Part shown: piece by piece, positions 60,342 to 64,000 of the stretch
Layout: each line of letters begins with the position of its first letter
Position numbering within the stretch: position 1 is the stretch's first letter
Source: Frigoriflavimonas asaccharolytica
Lineage (GTDB): Bacteria > Bacteroidota > Bacteroidia > Flavobacteriales > Weeksellaceae
Length of the DNA stretch: 64,000 nucleotides
Assembly (NCBI RefSeq): GCF_013294015.1
Contig: NZ_JABSNO010000003.1
Span: 78,746 to 142,745, forward strand
Reading direction: 5' to 3'
Program-made: the position numbers and the translations under genes
Notes under the pieces: model-generated
What the model saw: only the letters and a program-made list of their open reading frames with translations
The model's database searches: none
What the model was told of the DNA's origin: nothing

Positions 60342-61232
60342 TTGGAAAATTCTAAAAAGCATCAAGCCGGATTTGTAAACATAGTAGGGAAACCAAACGC
60401 TGGGAAATCCACCTTGCTCAACAATTTAATGGGCGAAAAATTGGCTATTGTTACGCAAAAGGCACAAACTACAAGACATAGAATTTTCGGAATTTATAAT
60501 GAAGAAGATTTGCAAATTGTATTCTCTGATACTCCTGGAGTGATGGAACCAAAATATGGCTTGCAAGAAAAAATGATGGATTTTGTGAAAGATTCTTTAC
60601 AGGATGCAGATGTATTTCTATTTATTATTGATATTACAGATGAGACGGAAGCGAATGCTTATTTAATTGATAGATTGAATAAAATACCAGTTCCTGTGCT
60701 TATTTTAATAAATAAAATAGATGTTTCTACTCAAGAAAATTTAGAGAAAATAATAGAAGAATGGCATGAGCGGATTCCAAAGGCAGAAATATTGCCGATA
60801 TCCGCAAAAGAAGCCATTAATACTGCATTGATTTTACCGAAATTAAAATCTATGTTGCCAGAAAGTCCACCATATTACGGCAAAGATCAATTGACGGATA
60901 AGCCAGAACGTTTTTTCGTAAACGAAGCTATTCGCGAGAAAATTCTTTTAAATTACGAGAAAGAAATTCCATATTCTGTAGAAGTAGTTACAGAAATATT
61001 CAAAGAAAAAGACAACGCTATTGTGATAGAGGCGGTAATTTACGTAGAAAGAGATTCTCAAAAAGGTATTATCATTGGGCACAAAGGTGAAATGATAAAA
61101 AAAGTAGGTACTGAAGCAAGATTAGATTTAGAGAAATTCTTTGGAAAAAAGATACATTTAAGTCTTTTTGTGAAAGTGAAAAAGGATTGGAGGAAAAATG
61201 ACAGAGATCTAAAGAATTTTGGATACTCTTAG
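60342..61232 (+). CDS. era: GTPase Era
   Basis: G1 GKPNAGKST, G3 DTPG and G4 NKID motifs. C-terminal KH domain. Confidence 0.9.
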   Translation: MENSKKHQAGFVNIVGKPNAGKSTLLNNLMGEKLAIVTQKAQTTRHRIFGIYNEEDLQIVFSDTPGVMEPKYGLQEKMMDFVKDSLQDADVFLFIIDITDETEANAYLIDRLNKIPVPVLILINKIDVSTQENLEKIIEEWHERIPKAEILPISAKEAINTALILPKLKSMLPESPPYYGKDQLTDKPERFFVNEAIREKILLNYEKEIPYSVEVVTEIFKEKDNAIVIEAVIYVERDSQKGIIIGHKGEMIKKVGTEARLDLEKFFGKKIHLSLFVKVKKDWRKNDRDLKNFGYS

Positions 61233-61294
61233 TATTTCCAAAGCTTTTTTTGAATTTAAACCTTTTTACTATTTTTGATTAAAATTACAAACCT

Positions 61295-61723
61295 ATGATT
61301 CAAAGCTCAAAGAAATTTTTTATTTTCTTCCAAAATTCTATTTTGTTAATTGTAAGAATGTTGGTTGGTCTAGCGATGTTGAGTCATGGTTTTCCAAAAT
61401 TGCAGACGCTTATAAATGGAGGGAAAATTGAGTTCTATAATTTTTTAGGATTAAGTTCTACGATTTCATTAGGTCTTACGGTTTTTTCAGAATTTGTTTG
61501 CTCTATCTTTTTAATTCTTGGTTTGTTTTCTAGATATGCTGCTTTTTTTCTAGCATTTACAATGATTATTGCAGCTTTTGTATTTCATGGTGGAGATCCT
61601 TGGGAAAAGCAAGAGATGTCGATTATTTATTTATGCTCTTATTTTTTGTTATTGGCTTTTGGTGCAGGTAAATTTTCTATAGATAGTTTAATTGATAAAA
61701 GAAAAAGCACTAAAATTTATTAG
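61295..61723 (+). CDS. DoxX family membrane protein
   Basis: 142 aa, four TM helices with DoxX-like pattern. Confidence 0.65.
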   Translation: MIQSSKKFFIFFQNSILLIVRMLVGLAMLSHGFPKLQTLINGGKIEFYNFLGLSSTISLGLTVFSEFVCSIFLILGLFSRYAAFFLAFTMIIAAFVFHGGDPWEKQEMSIIYLCSYFLLLAFGAGKFSIDSLIDKRKSTKIY

Positions 61724-61777
61724 TCAAAATCTTCGCATCTCTAAATTATTAGTAACAGTATTTTTAAAAAGATTAGT

Positions 61778-61882
61778 TATAAGTGAATCTACTTATAAAC
61801 TTAAATATAAGTCATTTCGCTTATAATTTGAAATATAAGTGAATTCGCTTATAAAATGAATTATAAGCGATTTTGCTTATAA
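61778..61882. repeat. four tandem 21-bp imperfect palindromes (TATAAG-N8-CTTATAA) at exact 28-bp periodicity
   Basis: Copies start at 61778, 61806, 61834 and 61862. Arms are conserved, the central 8 bp vary. Copy 3 (tataagtgaattcgcttataa) is nearly perfectly palindromic. Confidence 0.65.
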
Positions 61883-61952
61883 TGTTAATAAAATGTACAA
61901 ATGATTTGTTGTAATTGCAATAATGTTTTACTAAAAAAAGTATCTTTGTAGA

Positions 61953-62564
61953 ATGAAAGCCGTGATAACTGCAGACATCATAAATTCTACCAAATCATCA
62001 TCTAATTCTTGGATAGTTGATCTAAAAAAAGCACTAAAAAATTTCGGGAAAGAAGGGAAAGATTGGGAAATTTTTCGTGGTGATGAGTTTCAAATACTTT
62101 TGGACAAGCCAGAATTAGCCTTCATCATATCTGTAATGATAAAAGCATCGCTAAATTCAAACGGAATAGATGCAAAGATGGCGATTGGATTAGGCGAAAT
62201 AAGCTATCATGGTAAAACGATAAAGGAAAGCAACGGCTCTGCATTTATTAATTCTGGTAGAACTTTAGATATATTAAAGGGCGAAAAATATCAAAAACTA
62301 GCCCTAAAAAGTGATATTTCTGGTTTTGACGAGCAATTTAAACTTATCTTTCAACTATTAGAAACTACTTTTGACAACTGGACAGAAAGCTCTGCGAAAG
62401 CCATACTTGCATATCTTCAAAATCAAGAATTAAACCAAATAGAGATTGCAAAAAAGTTGGGAATATCTCAAAGTGCATTCAGCCAATTTCTGAAAAAAAC
62501 GAATGCAGAAGCAATTATTGCTACAGACCAATATTATAGAAAAAAAATAGCTGAAATTTCATGA
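61953..62564 (+). CDS. SatD-like protein with C-terminal helix-turn-helix
   Basis: 203 aa. C-terminal HTH (LNQIEIAKKLGISQSAFSQFLKK). Followed by a DUF3307-like gene whose start overlaps its stop. Confidence 0.5.
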   Translation: MKAVITADIINSTKSSSNSWIVDLKKALKNFGKEGKDWEIFRGDEFQILLDKPELAFIISVMIKASLNSNGIDAKMAIGLGEISYHGKTIKESNGSAFINSGRTLDILKGEKYQKLALKSDISGFDEQFKLIFQLLETTFDNWTESSAKAILAYLQNQELNQIEIAKKLGISQSAFSQFLKKTNAEAIIATDQYYRKKIAEIS

Positions 62565-63259
62565 TATTTTTACTTCTCATATTGGCGCATCTGCTTGGAG
62601 ATTTTATTCTTCAACCAAATTCTTGGGTAGCTGATAAAGAGAAGAAAAAGTTAAAAAGCATTTATTTGTACATTCACGTGTTGATTCATGCTGCACTAAC
62701 AGCTATATTTCTTTGGGATTTACAGCTTTGGTGGATGGTTGCAATTATTGCTATAAGTCATTTTTTGATAGATGCCGCAAAATTATTATATCAAAAAGCA
62801 AATAATAGAAAATTTTGGTTTTTTCTAGATCAGGCGCTTCACATTTTTATAATTTTAGGTTTACTATTTATTTTAAATGGTCTCGATTTTAATTTTGAAA
62901 TCACCCATCAAACTGTGAAAATAATAACAGGTTTTGTATTTATAACAGTTCCTACCTCTATTTTAATAAAAAATTTACTTTCAGCTTGGTCACCAATTAC
63001 TATAGATCATAGCAAAATACAAACAGAATCTCTTGTAAACGCAGGAAAGTATATTGGGATTTTAGAAAGAGTTTTGGTTTTCATATTCATAATCGTCAAT
63101 CATTGGGAAGGAGTTGGATTTATGATTGCCGCAAAATCCGTTTTTAGATTTAGTGATTTGGCAGAGGCAAAACAAAGAAAATTAACAGAATATGTATTAA
63201 TAGGAACATTATTAAGTTTTGGAATCGCAATTTTAACCGCAATGGCAATCAATTATTAG
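62561..63259 (+). CDS. DUF3307-like polytopic membrane protein
   Basis: N-terminal LAHLLGDFILQ motif. Start overlaps the stop of the SatD-like gene. Confidence 0.5.
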   Translation: MIFLLLILAHLLGDFILQPNSWVADKEKKKLKSIYLYIHVLIHAALTAIFLWDLQLWWMVAIIAISHFLIDAAKLLYQKANNRKFWFFLDQALHIFIILGLLFILNGLDFNFEITHQTVKIITGFVFITVPTSILIKNLLSAWSPITIDHSKIQTESLVNAGKYIGILERVLVFIFIIVNHWEGVGFMIAAKSVFRFSDLAEAKQRKLTEYVLIGTLLSFGIAILTAMAINY

Positions 63260-63278
63260 TTTATAAAAATTAAAAAAT

Positions 63279-64000
63279 CATGAGTAACAAAGGAGCCTTA
63301 TTATACGAAGGAAAAGCAAAACAAGTATTTGAAACAGATAAAGCAGATGAAGTAATCGTGAGATTTAAAGATGATGCAACTGCATTTAACGCTCAAAAAA
63401 GAGGGCAAGTAGATCTAAAGGGCGAGATGAATAATGCCATCACAACACTTATCTTTGAGTATTTGAATGCGCAAAATATAGAAACTCATTTCATTTCCAA
63501 AATTTCTGAAAGGGAACAACTGGTAAAAAAAGTAAGCATTATTCCAATAGAAATGGTAGTAAGAAACTATTCTGCAGGAAGCATGGCGCAAAGATTGGGA
63601 ATAGAAGAAGGTATAAAATCTCCAATTACCATTTTTGATCTTTGTTTGAAAGATGATGCTCTTGGAGATCCTTTGATAAATGATTATCACGCAATTTTTC
63701 TAGGAGCTGCAACCAGAGAAGATCTAAGCGAAATGTATGCTTTGACAGAAAAAATAAATAAGATTTTAATACAATTATTTGATGAGATAGGAATTATCTT
63801 GGTTGATTTTAAAATAGAACTTGGCAAAACATCCGATGGCAAAATAATATTAGCAGACGAAATTTCGCCAGATACTTGCAGACTTTGGGACAAAGAAACT
63901 ATGAAAAAGCTAGATAAAGATAGATTCCGAAGAGATTTGGGAGATGTAACGGAGGCTTATGTCGAAATTTACAACAGATTGAAAAATCATTTAAACAAAT
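63279..64000 (+). CDS. purC: phosphoribosylaminoimidazole-succinocarboxamide synthase (partial, continues beyond window)
   Basis: [21 protein letters not shown]-terminus and downstream SAICAR synthetase motifs. No stop in window, so absent from the ORF track. The minus-strand ORFs 63415..63690 and 63687..63893 are spurious. Confidence 0.85.

Noticed and set aside
61778-61882. Possible CRISPR array from the 28-bp periodic repeats
   Set aside because: The 28 bp is the whole period; repeats and spacers would be only 21 and 7 bp. The repeat units differ in their centres, there are only four copies, and no cas genes are nearby. An operator or iteron-like element is more consistent.
63415-63893. 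Minus-strand ORFs 63415..63690 and 63687..63893 from the ORF track
   Set aside because: They lie antisense within a clear plus-strand purC reading frame (SAICAR synthetase motifs) that has no stop in the window, so they are spurious.
1-64000. Mobile elements, prophage or genomic island boundaries
   Set aside because: No transposase, integrase or phage structural genes, and no flanking direct repeats or tRNA anchors detected. Composition is uniform across the window.

Overview
AT-rich (about 32-35% GC) chromosomal segment. Protein content and lipoprotein/Bacteroidetes-style signals point to a Flavobacteriia (Weeksellaceae/Flavobacteriaceae-like) genome. Gene density is high, mostly housekeeping and envelope genes: ppa, a membrane H+/Na+-pyrophosphatase, an RND efflux operon (adaptor-pump-OMF), uvrA, grpE-dnaJ, mntH, proS, map, era and a partial purC at the window end. 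Also present are three OmpA-domain proteins, a TonB-dependent receptor, an NfeD-flotillin pair, a propeller-type sensor kinase with a LuxR response regulator, and tandem paralogous aminotransferases. I found no transposase, integrase, CRISPR array, tRNA or rRNA. The most interesting region is a seven-gene minus-strand cluster (35661-41472). It couples a TIGR03916-like radical-SAM DNA repair/modification protein and its TIGR03915-like partner with photolyase/cryptochrome-family proteins: a DUF2132-like small protein, an atypical FAD-binding photolyase-like protein, a flavin reductase, a 42-aa DUF2256-like zinc-ribbon ORF that the ORF track misses, and a COG3046-type photolyase-related protein. 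A structured nested inverted repeat sits in the middle of this cluster. Other notable items: the membrane pyrophosphatase carries a C-terminal OmpA-like peptidoglycan-binding domain. Four 21-bp imperfect palindromes at exact 28-bp spacing lie upstream of a SatD-like HTH protein / DUF3307 pair. A Gly/Tyr/Trp/Asn-rich low-complexity lipoprotein sits next to a FadL/PorV-like outer-membrane barrel. There is a plant-type soluble acyl-ACP desaturase. A secreted protein has repeated KGWDG motifs. All family assignments come from reading motifs by eye; none were checked by search.
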